64,000 nucleotides of DNA from an uncultured Clostridium sp. Its GTDB lineage: Bacteria; Bacillota; Clostridia; TANB77; CAG-508. The notes beneath the pieces are model-generated. The model made no database searches. It was not told the DNA's origin and was given only the letters and a program-made list of their open reading frames with translations. Position numbers and translations under genes: made by a program. Below, one piece after another: positions 1-8,849 of the stretch. Location: contig CANSOY010000002.1 of NCBI GenBank assembly GCA_947648765.1, positions 7,364-71,363 on the forward strand, given 5' to 3'. Numbering within the stretch: the first letter of the stretch is position 1; the number at the start of each line of letters is the position of its first letter.

Positions 1-36
1 GATATTTTTCGCAACTGGAAAAATATCTTTTCTGAT

Positions 37-216
37 TTATTTTTCTTCTTTTTTTGTAATCATTTTAAGAGCCTTTTGTCTTTCTAGCATAATGATATGT
101 CCACAACCAAGGCATTTTAGTTTGAAATCCACGCCTACACGAAGGATTTCCCAATTTTTACTACCACAAGGATGTACTTTTTTGGTTCTTACAATATCCC
201 CAATTTGATATTCCAT
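37..216 (-). CDS. DUF951-family small protein (YyzM-like), 59 aa
   Basis: Unlisted short ORF MEYQIGDIVRTKKVHPCGSKNWEILRVGVDFKLKCLGCGHIIMLERQKALKMITKKEEK. It matches the HPCG...KCLGCGH pattern of DUF951 proteins. An AAGGAGGAAATGAG ribosome-binding site sits upstream. Confidence 0.55.
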   Translation of the reverse strand: MEYQIGDIVRTKKVHPCGSKNWEILRVGVDFKLKCLGCGHIIMLERQKALKMITKKEEK

Positions 217-231
217 CTCATTTCCTCCTTG

Positions 232-1887
232 TTATAGAGCCTCGATTGCTGTTTGAAATCTTTTGGCAATACTTTCTTTTCCAAGCACTTTCATAATTTC
301 ATACATATCTGGTGTATTTCTTCTTCCTGTTAGTGCAACTCTTAAAACAGTACTAATATCTCCTACATGTCCTGGCCATTTTTCTGGTTCTTGTTTGTAT
401 GCTTTTACATCAGAGGCAAAGCCAAGTTCGTCTGCCATTTCCTTGATTTTATCAAACCATGCTTGCTTGTCTGCATTTTCGTCATAGTATTTGGCAAGAT
501 AAGTGTTCAAAATCCTTTCAATGGTTTCTTTGTCCTGAATTTTGTCGTAATCATAGGTTTGCTTGGTTCCAAAGAATTTTGTATCATAGAGATAAATAAT
601 ATTTTCTTTTACATCACTGTATTTTGCAATATCTTTTCTTGGTTTTGCATTTCCTCTTTCAATTCCCAGTACTTTAAGAGCATATTCTTTATCTTGTAGC
701 ATTTCAGCTAATTCTTCATCATACTTTTGTGCCCAAGTAAAAGATTTTGTATAAATTTCTTCTGCTGTGAAGCGAGAAATGACAATTTTGGATACGTCTA
801 ACAATTTTACCATATCGAAGAGTGCTCCACTGACACTCATCTTGTTTAGTTGAAAATCAAATTCGTCCATCGTTTTATCTGGATTCGCCCTTCTCCAGTT
901 TTCAAAAGTAGAATTTGCAATATTCAATAAATATTCTTTTACTGCACTTTCTGGAATTCCCTCTTCTTCATAATAGCAAACCGATGCTTCGGGGTCTTTT
1001 CTTTTACTCAATTTGCGTTTGTTTCCATCATCATTTTTCATAATTGGTGAGATATGAGCATATTTAGGTGTCTTAAATCCTAGTTCTTGGAATAGTTGTA
1101 AATGAAGTGGTACTGAAGATAGCCATTCGTCTCCACGAATGACATGAGTGGTTCGCATCAAGTGGTCGTCCACTGCATGTGCAAAATGGTAGGTTGGAAG
1201 TCCATCTGCTTTAATAATAACAATATCTTGGTCATTTTCTGGAAAGTCTACATTTCCTTTAATAATGTCTTTATGCTTAATCTTCTTTTCCTCATTTCCT
1301 GGTGAGCGGAAACGAATAATATATGGCACTCCTGCCTGAATTTTCTCAATGGCTTCATCAACTGGCAAATTGCGGTATTTCGCCCATACGCCATAATATC
1401 CTGGACGTAGTTTTGCCGCTTCTTGCTTTTGTCGCATTTCGTCTAGTTCTTCTTGCGAGCAAAAACATGGATAGGCTTTTCCTTGCTCAATTAAATATTT
1501 TGCATAGGCTTGATAAATTTCTTTTCGGTCACTTTGTTTATATGGACCATAATTTCCAATTTCTTTTGTTTCCGAAATTTGTCCTTCATCTGGTCCCATA
1601 TCAAATTCTTGTAAGGATTGTACAATTTCCGTAATCCCATTTTCAACTTCTCTTTTTTGGTCTGTATCCTCAATACGCAAGAAAAATACACCATTTGTTT
1701 TTTTCTTAACAGCAATGGCAATGAGTGCCTGATAAAGTCCACCAATGTGCATACGACCAGTTGGACTTGGTGCATATCTTGTTACGATTGCTCCTTCTGG
1801 AAGATTTCTTTCTGGATATTTTTCCTCATAATATGCAATCGGTTTTGCATCTGGAAAAATTAAGTCTGCTAAATCTTTATAATTCAT
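232..1887 (-). CDS. gltX: Glutamate--tRNA ligase
   Basis: Class I HIGG (APSPTGRMHIGG) and KLSKRK (KMSKS-like) motifs; 551 aa. Confidence 0.9.
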   Translation of the reverse strand: MNYKDLADLIFPDAKPIAYYEEKYPERNLPEGAIVTRYAPSPTGRMHIGGLYQALIAIAVKKKTNGVFFLRIEDTDQKREVENGITEIVQSLQEFDMGPDEGQISETKEIGNYGPYKQSDRKEIYQAYAKYLIEQGKAYPCFCSQEELDEMRQKQEAAKLRPGYYGVWAKYRNLPVDEAIEKIQAGVPYIIRFRSPGNEEKKIKHKDIIKGNVDFPENDQDIVIIKADGLPTYHFAHAVDDHLMRTTHVIRGDEWLSSVPLHLQLFQELGFKTPKYAHISPIMKNDDGNKRKLSKRKDPEASVCYYEEEGIPESAVKEYLLNIANSTFENWRRANPDKTMDEFDFQLNKMSVSGALFDMVKLLDVSKIVISRFTAEEIYTKSFTWAQKYDEELAEMLQDKEYALKVLGIERGNAKPRKDIAKYSDVKENIIYLYDTKFFGTKQTYDYDKIQDKETIERILNTYLAKYYDENADKQAWFDKIKEMADELGFASDVKAYKQEPEKWPGHVGDISTVLRVALTGRRNTPDMYEIMKVLGKESIAKRFQTAIEAL

Positions 1888-1967
1888 TTTGCTCTCCCCT
1901 TTCTCTTAAGTGTTTCCATTATACCCCATTTTTCTGGCTTTCGCAAGGCTTATCTCTTCCTTTTTTC

Positions 1968-1996
1968 TTTACTTTTTGGCTCTTTTATGCTATACT
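1968..1996 (+). promoter_or_regulatory. Putative sigma-A promoter: TTTACT, 17-nt spacer, extended -10 TGcTATACT. Followed by the palindrome GGTCGCtttGCGACC at 2009-2023.
   Basis: Hexamers with 17-nt spacing and a TG extension, read directly from the sequence. A perfect 6-bp palindrome sits at about +1, before the ribosome-binding site. Confidence 0.35.
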
Positions 1997-2046
1997 AGCA
2001 AAGATTATGGTCGCTTTGCGACCTTGTAGAAAAGGAGAGAAATCAT

Positions 2047-2277
2047 ATGGAACGGAAAAAGAAACCAGATGGTACCTACCGTTTCCCCTTCTTAGTCACC
2101 TTCATTGGTTGGCTGATTGAGATGCTGATCTTCGGCAATCTTGGGGTTTTCCAGCAAATTCCCGCACCCACCCTCTTGAGTTCTTTGGCACTTTTGACCG
2201 TCGGCTGGTGGCTGGGTATGTTCGGCTATTCGTTGCTTGGCTACCTCTACTTTCAGAATAAGAACAAGAAGCGTTGA
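2047..2277 (+). CDS. Small 2-TM membrane protein (76 aa), hypothetical
   Basis: ORF with ribosome-binding site AAAAGGAGAG 7 nt before the ATG and two hydrophobic helices. It has its own promoter and terminator. Local GC is markedly higher than the surroundings. Confidence 0.45.
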   Translation: MERKKKPDGTYRFPFLVTFIGWLIEMLIFGNLGVFQQIPAPTLLSSLALLTVGWWLGMFGYSLLGYLYFQNKNKKR

Positions 2278-2299
2278 GCACTCCCCTTGCCAAACCAAA

Positions 2300-2350
2300 G
2301 GAACAGAAGCGGCTAACAACTGTAGGTCGCCCCTGTTCCTTTTTAATTTT
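2300..2350 (+). terminator. Hairpin GGAACAG...CTGTTCC followed by TTTTTAATTTT
   Basis: Inverted repeat plus T-tract directly after the small ORF stop. Confidence 0.4.
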
Positions 2351-2407
2351 ACTTGAAAAACCGATTGAAACTTAATAGAAAGGTAACAAAAAGGTAACAA
2401 ATGAGAA

Positions 2408-2448
2408 TGTAAAAGCAAGAAAAGGCTTGATTTCAAGCCTTTTCTCTA
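2408..2448. terminator. Bidirectional rho-independent terminator AAGGCTTG-attt-CAAGCCTT
   Basis: 8-bp stem with A-run on the left and T-run on the right. It sits at the 3' end of the RNase J gene. Confidence 0.5.
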
Positions 2449-4371
2449 TACTTCCATGATAATCGGTAGTATCATTGGGTTTCTCTTTGTTTTGGTAAAG
2501 ATATAATCTCGTAAATTATCTTTTAAGGCAGACTTAATCGTTGCCCAATCACGAATATTTTGCTCTTCACATTTACGAACTTCTTCTCGAATAACATTTT
2601 TTACATCATCCATTAAGTTCTCTGACTCGCGAACATACACAAATCCTCTAGACACAACATCTGGTCCAGAAACAATTTCCCCTGTACTCGAGTCCATTGT
2701 CATAACAATCACAATTAACCCATCTTGGGATAAATGTTGACGGTCGCGTAAAACAATATTTCCAACATCACCTACACCTAAGCCATCTACTAGAATTTTA
2801 CCAGATGGTACAGAAGTCGTTAGTTTGGCTTCATTTTGGTTAATTTCCATGACACGTCCATTGGTCATAATGAAAATGTGTGTTGGGTCTATTCCCATTT
2901 TTCGTGCTGTTTCCGCGTGTGCTTTTAGTTGGCGGAACTCTCCATGCACTGGAATAAAGAATTTTGGTCGTACTAAACTTAAAATTAGTTTTTGTTCTTC
3001 TTGACAAGCGTGTCCTGAAACGTGGATTGCTTCCAAAGAGCTATATACAACCTCTGCTCCAATTTTCATTAAATCGTCAATTACCCTAGATACAAATTTT
3101 TCGTTTCCCGGAATTGGTGTTGCTGAAATAATAATCTTATCATTTGGGGTAATGACTACTTTGCGGTGGTCTCCATTCGCCATACGTGTTAAAGCAGACA
3201 TTGCTTCTCCTTGGCTTCCCGTTGTTAAAATTACTAATTGCTCGTCTGTATAGTTTTTAATTAAATCAATATCGATAAAAGTATTTTCTGGTACTTGAAT
3301 ATAGCCAAGTTCTCTTGCAGCAGTAATCATATTTATCATACTTCTACCACAAACAGCAACTTTTCTACCATATTTCACAGCAGAATTTACAATCTGTTGT
3401 ACACGATGAACGTTCGACGCAAATGTTGCTACTACGATTCTTTTGGTACAGTTTACAAATTGTTTATCTAACACTTCTCCTACACTGCATTCCGACATGG
3501 TATACCCTGCTCGTTCAGAGTTTGTACTATCTGACATAAGAGCAAGTACGCCTTGATTTCCAAGTTCTGCAATTCTGCCAAAGTCCATTACTTTATCATC
3601 AATTGGCGTAAAATCTACTTTGAAATCTCCTGTATGAAGAACAACTCCAGCTGGTGTGTGAATAGCAAGCATAACAGCATCTGGAATACTATGCGAACTA
3701 CGAATAAATTCTACTTTCATCTTACCAAAGTTCACCGTTTCTCCTTGTTGTACTTCAATCATTTTCGTGGATTTTAATAGTTTATGCTCTTCCAGTTTGT
3801 TTTTGATTAGTGCAACCGTTAATCTTGTTGCATAAATTGGCATATTGATTTTTCTTAAAATATATGGGATTGAACCAATATGGTCTTCATGTCCGTGCGT
3901 AATCACTAATCCCTTAATTTTTTCCTTGTTTCTCTCTAAATACGTAACATCTGGTATTACTAGGTCTACACCAAGCATACTGTCCTCTGGGAACTCTAAC
4001 CCACAGTCTACTAATACAATCTCATCTTCATATTCAAATACAGTAATATTTTTTCCGATTTCGTCCAATCCACCAAGTGGAATAATTTTCAAATTCGATT
4101 TTTTAAAACGAACATCAAACTTATCTGTTATTCTTTCTTTTGTAGCATTAACATTCTTTGTTCTTGTTTTTCTCGTATTACTTCTTAGTGGCATTTTTTC
4201 GATTTTGCCACTTTCTACAGAGCGATTTTCATTCTCATTTTTTCCGTTCTGTCTTGGAATACGTGGTTTTCTCTCTCCTTTTGAATTGGTGGTATTTCTT
4301 CTTTTTCCATTTGTTTTTCGAGCAAGATGTAATCCTTCTTGTCTTTCTTGCTTTTTTATCTCTTCTTCCAT
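2446..4371 (-). CDS. rnj: Ribonuclease J (metallo-beta-lactamase/beta-CASP) with a ~105-aa K/R/N-rich N-terminal extension
   Basis: HGHEDHIG motif and the RNase J core (KIIPLGGLDEIGKN...). Start chosen at MEEEIKK, which has a GGAGAA ribosome-binding site. The listed ORF extends 26 codons further without one. Confidence 0.85.
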   Translation of the reverse strand: MEEEIKKQERQEGLHLARKTNGKRRNTTNSKGERKPRIPRQNGKNENENRSVESGKIEKMPLRSNTRKTRTKNVNATKERITDKFDVRFKKSNLKIIPLGGLDEIGKNITVFEYEDEIVLVDCGLEFPEDSMLGVDLVIPDVTYLERNKEKIKGLVITHGHEDHIGSIPYILRKINMPIYATRLTVALIKNKLEEHKLLKSTKMIEVQQGETVNFGKMKVEFIRSSHSIPDAVMLAIHTPAGVVLHTGDFKVDFTPIDDKVMDFGRIAELGNQGVLALMSDSTNSERAGYTMSECSVGEVLDKQFVNCTKRIVVATFASNVHRVQQIVNSAVKYGRKVAVCGRSMINMITAARELGYIQVPENTFIDIDLIKNYTDEQLVILTTGSQGEAMSALTRMANGDHRKVVITPNDKIIISATPIPGNEKFVSRVIDDLMKIGAEVVYSSLEAIHVSGHACQEEQKLILSLVRPKFFIPVHGEFRQLKAHAETARKMGIDPTHIFIMTNGRVMEINQNEAKLTTSVPSGKILVDGLGVGDVGNIVLRDRQHLSQDGLIVIVMTMDSSTGEIVSGPDVVSRGFVYVRESENLMDDVKNVIREEVRKCEEQNIRDWATIKSALKDNLRDYIFTKTKRNPMILPIIMEV

Positions 4372-4685
4372 AAATTTCTCCTTCTTTTTTCTTTCCGTAT
4401 AGACACATAAGAAGACCCCTTGGTTATTGCAAAAGAAACCGTTTCGCACACCAAAACGATTTCACAAAATCAATGAAAAGTCATTGATTTTATTTCTCTC
4501 TGTTTCCATGAAAATTCCTCAATTCATGGTATCTTTAATCCGTTCTCTTTTTCTACAATGCCAAAGAATCCACTTCTTTGCCGATTACAAAAATCTCTTC
4601 TTTCCAATAGAATTATTGGTAATAACTAGTAATATTATACCCATCTTCTGCAATTTTGTCAAGTTCTGCTTGTACCAAGCACAAA

Positions 4686-4729
4686 AAAGCAGCATATTAA
4701 GGGGATTGTCTTAATATGCTGTCTTTTTA
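4686..4729. terminator. Hairpin CAGCATATTAAG-gggattgt-CTTAATATGCTG flanked by A and T runs
   Basis: 12-bp perfect stem; serves the minus-strand toxin-remnant unit. Confidence 0.5.
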
Positions 4730-4910
4730 ATCATCCAAAAAATCTAAGATTGCTTTTAAGGTTCTACTCAGATTTTGTCGCGTTAAAATTACGGCTATAA
4801 TTTCAATTCGTTCTTCTGCTATCCAATAGAATATTTTCTTTGTTTCTCAATGGATTTTCTGCAAACTCTTTTAGATTAGATTTTGCAAAATTAGTCCATT
4901 TTATTAGCAT
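4727..4910 (-). pseudogene. ParE/RelE-like toxin remnant (frameshifted, truncated)
   Basis: MLIKWTNFAKSNLKEFAENPLRNKENILLDSRRTN* then, after a frame shift, YWIAEERIEIIAVILTRQNLSRTLKAILDFLDD*. The C-terminus resembles a ParE/RelE tail (..IEIIrVlHgRqdl). Its ATG overlaps the stop of the upstream antitoxin-like gene (ATGCTAA). Confidence 0.4.
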
Positions 4911-5083
4911 GTATCAATCTTTCTTAGAAGTTCTTCTGTCGTAAGAGTATTGCCTGCTTCAACATCTTGTAATCCTTTTTCAATGCTTAATCTTACTAGA
5001 ATTGCGTCTAATATTTCTGCTAATGTTGCATTGTCTGGAAGACTCCTGGTAACTTCGATTACTAATTCTTTCATCATACGCAT
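4904..5083 (-). CDS. Small antitoxin-like protein (59 aa)
   Basis: Unlisted ORF MRMMKELVIEVTRSLPDNATLAEILDAILVRLSIEKGLQDVEAGNTLTTEELLRKIDTC with an AAAGGAG ribosome-binding site. The C-terminal G-L-Q-D-V-E-A-G-N...TEEL tail resembles RelB/DinJ-type antitoxin tails. It is translationally coupled to the ParE-like remnant. The real start may be M3 or M4. Confidence 0.45.
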   Translation of the reverse strand: MRMMKELVIEVTRSLPDNATLAEILDAILVRLSIEKGLQDVEAGNTLTTEELLRKIDTC

Positions 5084-5291
5084 TACTCCTTTCTAAAGCA
5101 TTTTGTAACAAAGTTTTATGTTCTTTTATTTTTTCGCTTTTTTCTTCTTTTATCCTAAATTTTTTCGTACATTTTTTATTGTTTTCGCTTTGGGACTTTA
5201 TGCTTCACAATCCCACTAGTATCATTGTATCTAAAAAACAGCATAATTGCAAGATCTCTCTTTGCATTATACTGTTTTTCAATCGTTTCCT

Positions 5292-6207
5292 TTAATCTTC
5301 TAATAGCACAGCACCTAAGATACCAGCATCGTTTTTTAGCCTTGCCATCTTTAGCGTTGGAGCCATATCATTGGCTAAATAGTTTGCTTCGTTTAATTTG
5401 GCTTGTAGTGGGTCTTGAAAGAACTCTGCAAAGTATGCAAAACTTCCTCCCATACAAATGGTTTCTGGTGCGAATAAGTTGACTAGGTTAATGATACCAG
5501 TTGTTAAGTCATTCAAATATTGGTCAATCACTTGTTTTACTAGTACATTATTTTTGAAATTTGTTAGAATTTCTTTCATATCTTCTCCAGATAAATTTGG
5601 AGCAATATTAAGCATGGCACATAAATCTGACTTGAACTTTCGCATGGAACCATAGGCTTCAAAACAACCACGGTTACCACAGCCACAACGAATTCCATCT
5701 TCTTTAATTATCATATGCCCAATTTCAAAACCTGGCACTCTTCCGAGGTCTTAACAACTTTCCATTTAGGAATACCCCTGCACCAATTCCAGTACCCAAG
5801 CAAAGAAAAATACAGTCTTTTTCTTTTTGGATTGCACCTTTTTTCTTCTCTGCCATAGCTGCACATTTTCCATCATTGTTGATACTAATTTTTTTATCCC
5901 ATAAGAATTTTGGTAAAACGTCTCGAATGCGAATATCGTCTGCTTTTAGATTAACCAATTTCTCAATCTTATTTACTTTTGGAACACCTGGTGCGGCAAC
6001 ACCTACAAATTCAATTTCTTCTTTTTTTACATCAAATTCTTGCAACAATGCTTCTATATTTTCTTGCAATATTTTTTGAATTTGTCTGATATCGATTACC
6101 TCATTTTGTTTTTCAAAGTCAATATGCTTGGTTTGAAACAATTTGAAATCCTCTGATATTAAACCAATTCCAATATGGCTTCCGCCTAAATCGATTCCTA
6201 GTTTCAT
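5292..6207 (-). pseudogene. ROK-family glucokinase split by a 1-nt frameshift
   Basis: N-terminal ORF MKLGIDLGGSHIGIG...GIGAGVFLNGKLL. C-terminal ORF ...PGFEIGHMIIKEDGIRCGCGNRGCFEAY carries the ROK Zn motif. The frames switch near 5735-5745. Confidence 0.7.
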
Positions 6208-6270
6208 AGTACTTTCCTTTCTTGAAAGAAAAAGGAACTATTACAATACCTGCATAGTTCCTTCTTTTTT

Positions 6271-7632
6271 CTATAAACCTGCTGTAAGATCGCTGTCTAG
6301 AACAAATCCACCCATGTAAACTTGGATACATGGTACTAATACAACTAATACGAAGAAGATTAGCACAGCTCCTACAAATGCATACGAGAACTCCGGCAAA
6401 ATTTTAACAATCTTTTGAATGGTATTGTCAATATCGATTTCGATAAAGTCAACTAATTTATCCATCATTTCTGGTAAGTCAGTTTGCATACCAATCTTTA
6501 ACATCTCAAGAACCATTGGAGAAGTTAAACCACTTCTTTCAAAAGGTTCAATCCAAGAAGCACCAATTAAAGTATTGTTAATTGCTGTTTCAATCATAGA
6601 TAGCATAACATAGTTTTTAATAACGTTTTTACTAACATCCAAAGCATCTTGGATTCTCATACCATTTTGTAGATTGAGAAGCATTGCTTTCATAAATCTA
6701 GATAGGTCTACTAAGTAAATCAATTTACCAAATATCGGCATGGTATATTTGAAATAGTGGAAATTGTATCTTCCTTTTGGTGTTGTTATGTATAAGTAAA
6801 TTCCTACTCCAATTGCTACAATAATGAGCGTTGGTATATACCAATATGCTGCTACCATATTTAAGAAATTCGAGAACCAAATGGTGATACCTGGCAATTG
6901 TGCATTGGATCCCATTGAATCAAATATGTTTTGAACTGCTGGTACAGCAAACACAGTACCTACAATTAACAATAGGAAAATTGCACAGAACTGAATAATA
7001 TTTGGTACTAAAATTCCTTTTACCTTTTTGGTAACATTGTTTGCTTCCTCTAGATATCTTTCCGCTTGTTCAAGTGAGTTTGTTAGCGAACCCGAAAGTT
7101 CTCCTACTTTTATCATATTGATGTAGATATATGGGAAAATATCCCCATAGTATTCCATAGTGGTATACATATACTCACCGGCTTCCACACCGGCTAATAT
7201 ATCCTCTAAAATTCCGCGAAAAGACATATTGTCTGTACTTTGAATAATGGTACTTAATGCGTGAATATTATTGAAATTTGCCTTTTTTAACAAATAGAAG
7301 TTTTGCGTAAAGGTACGGATATCCTCTGGTCGTACTCTTTCTGTTTTGCTAAGTGCTAAATTAAATTTTTCCTTTGTTGTTAAGTTTGCTTTTGCTTTTC
7401 CTTGGAAAACATTAGAAGCATTAGCGGAACGCATAACATCATCGATATCCGTGATGTTTCTCTTCTGTTGTCTTACTTTGTTTTTCGATGTATAACCAAC
7501 TTGCGTAATACTGATTGGTAATAAATCGCTTTTCTTTAATTTTTGAATGAGAATTTGTTTGCTAACATCTTCTACACGATTTCTTACCACAACACCTCTT
7601 TTGGTCATTGCACGATATACATACTCTGGCAT
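6271..7632 (-). CDS. pilC: Type IV pilus platform protein (GspF/PilC family)
   Basis: 453 aa polytopic membrane protein of T2SS-F architecture, last gene of the pil operon. Confidence 0.8.
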   Translation of the reverse strand: MPEYVYRAMTKRGVVVRNRVEDVSKQILIQKLKKSDLLPISITQVGYTSKNKVRQQKRNITDIDDVMRSANASNVFQGKAKANLTTKEKFNLALSKTERVRPEDIRTFTQNFYLLKKANFNNIHALSTIIQSTDNMSFRGILEDILAGVEAGEYMYTTMEYYGDIFPYIYINMIKVGELSGSLTNSLEQAERYLEEANNVTKKVKGILVPNIIQFCAIFLLLIVGTVFAVPAVQNIFDSMGSNAQLPGITIWFSNFLNMVAAYWYIPTLIIVAIGVGIYLYITTPKGRYNFHYFKYTMPIFGKLIYLVDLSRFMKAMLLNLQNGMRIQDALDVSKNVIKNYVMLSMIETAINNTLIGASWIEPFERSGLTSPMVLEMLKIGMQTDLPEMMDKLVDFIEIDIDNTIQKIVKILPEFSYAFVGAVLIFFVLVVLVPCIQVYMGGFVLDSDLTAGL

Positions 7633-7666
7633 TTTTCTACCTCCATCCTTTGTAAATTTTTATGGC

Positions 7667-8824
7667 TTATAGTCCTCTTAGAGCATTGGTTCCCATTGAT
7701 GGTGCTCCAGGAGCCCCGCCATTTTCGTTGTCTTTCTTGATTTTTAATTGCATAATAGTACGATTTAAGATTTCAACATTCTTTTCTTCAATTTGTGCTT
7801 TTGCTTGGTCTAGTGTAATAATGTCATTTACAAACAATTCTGCAAGTGAATTGATTAAGGCAATTGAGCCTTTTTCCGACCCACTTTGAATTGCATCTTC
7901 TAATTCAGATACACCAAATTTTTCTTTACGAATAACACCACCAATGATGTTATCTACTACCATTACTTCCGGTACTAAAACAAGGCTTCCATCTCTTGCT
8001 TTTAATAATCTTTGTGATACAACAAGTTTTAGTAGTGAAGATAATAGGTATTTAATACTCATTTGGTCTCCGATATCATAGAAGTTAATGATACGGTCAA
8101 TTGTTTCTGCACAAGATTTGGTATGTAATGTTCCAATTACTAAGTGTCCAGATTCTGCCGTGGCAATGGCTGCATCCATTGTTTCACGGTCTCTAATTTC
8201 TCCGATTACTAAGATGTCGCAGTCCTCTCTTAAAGAGTTCTTTACACCATCACTGAAAGATAGACAGTCTCTGCCAACACCAACTTCTTTTTGTACAACA
8301 ATTGATTTTTTACAAATATGCTTGTACTCAACAGGGTTTTCCAATGTTAGTATTTTCTTATTTTGTTCTTCGTTAATTTCATTAATTAATGCATTCAATG
8401 TGGTTGTCTTACCAGAGTTTGTTTTACCAGTTACTAGGATTAAACCTTGGTTCTGGTAAATCATTCTACGAACTACGTCTGGAACACCTAAGTCCTCATA
8501 TCTTGGTAATTCGTTTTTGATAATTCTGATGGTGAAGATTGGCACATCACTTTCCATTGAAATGTTAACCCTTAAACGAAGCCCTTGTACTTCTGCTGAA
8601 GTATCTAATTTACGTTTTTTACGATAGATTTCATCTTTTTCTACATTACCACGGATAAAGTAGTCATAGATATCATACATATCGTCGTCTGTTAATACAT
8701 CTGTTCCTTTAATTGGTAGCAATTCTCTACGAATTCTCATGGTAGGCTTAATACCTTTTATGAAGTGAACGTCTGATGCGTCTTTATCGATTGCTTCTTT
8801 TATAGCAGCCTCTATACTTATCAT
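7667..8824 (-). CDS. pilT: Type IV pilus retraction ATPase PilT
   Basis: Walker A GKTNSGKTTTL; PilT-like size and motifs. Confidence 0.8.
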   Translation of the reverse strand: MISIEAAIKEAIDKDASDVHFIKGIKPTMRIRRELLPIKGTDVLTDDDMYDIYDYFIRGNVEKDEIYRKKRKLDTSAEVQGLRLRVNISMESDVPIFTIRIIKNELPRYEDLGVPDVVRRMIYQNQGLILVTGKTNSGKTTTLNALINEINEEQNKKILTLENPVEYKHICKKSIVVQKEVGVGRDCLSFSDGVKNSLREDCDILVIGEIRDRETMDAAIATAESGHLVIGTLHTKSCAETIDRIINFYDIGDQMSIKYLLSSLLKLVVSQRLLKARDGSLVLVPEVMVVDNIIGGVIRKEKFGVSELEDAIQSGSEKGSIALINSLAELFVNDIITLDQAKAQIEEKNVEILNRTIMQLKIKKDNENGGAPGAPSMGTNALRGL

Positions 8825-8849
8825 TCTTCTTCCTCCTATTCTTTCGTGA

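Noticed and set aside
367-699. Plus-strand ORFs (263-487, 367-699, 1323-1634, 1618-1863, 1725-2120) inside gltX
   Set aside because: Antisense to a strongly supported gene, low-complexity hydrophobic or F-rich translations, and no ribosome-binding site.
2381-2401. Tandem direct repeat AAAGGTAACAA x2
   Set aside because: Only two short copies in an AT-rich spacer; not a CRISPR or other meaningful repeat array. No CRISPR arrays were seen anywhere in the window.
2092-2436. Minus-strand ORFs 2092-2436 and 2102-2293 overlapping the small plus-strand gene
   Set aside because: Arginine-rich translation typical of antisense to a GC-rich coding frame, with no ribosome-binding site. The plus-strand ORF has a promoter, ribosome-binding site and terminator.
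3553-4402. Plus-strand ORFs inside RNase J (3553-3777, 3845-4402, 4158-4373)
   Set aside because: Antisense to rnj; S/F-rich low-complexity products.
8088-8459. Plus-strand ORF inside pilT and similar antisense ORFs in pilB, pilMN and uppP (8872-9054, 9653-9874, 9958-10215, 14008-15155, 16064-16516)
   Set aside because: All lie within well-supported minus-strand genes and lack ribosome-binding sites.
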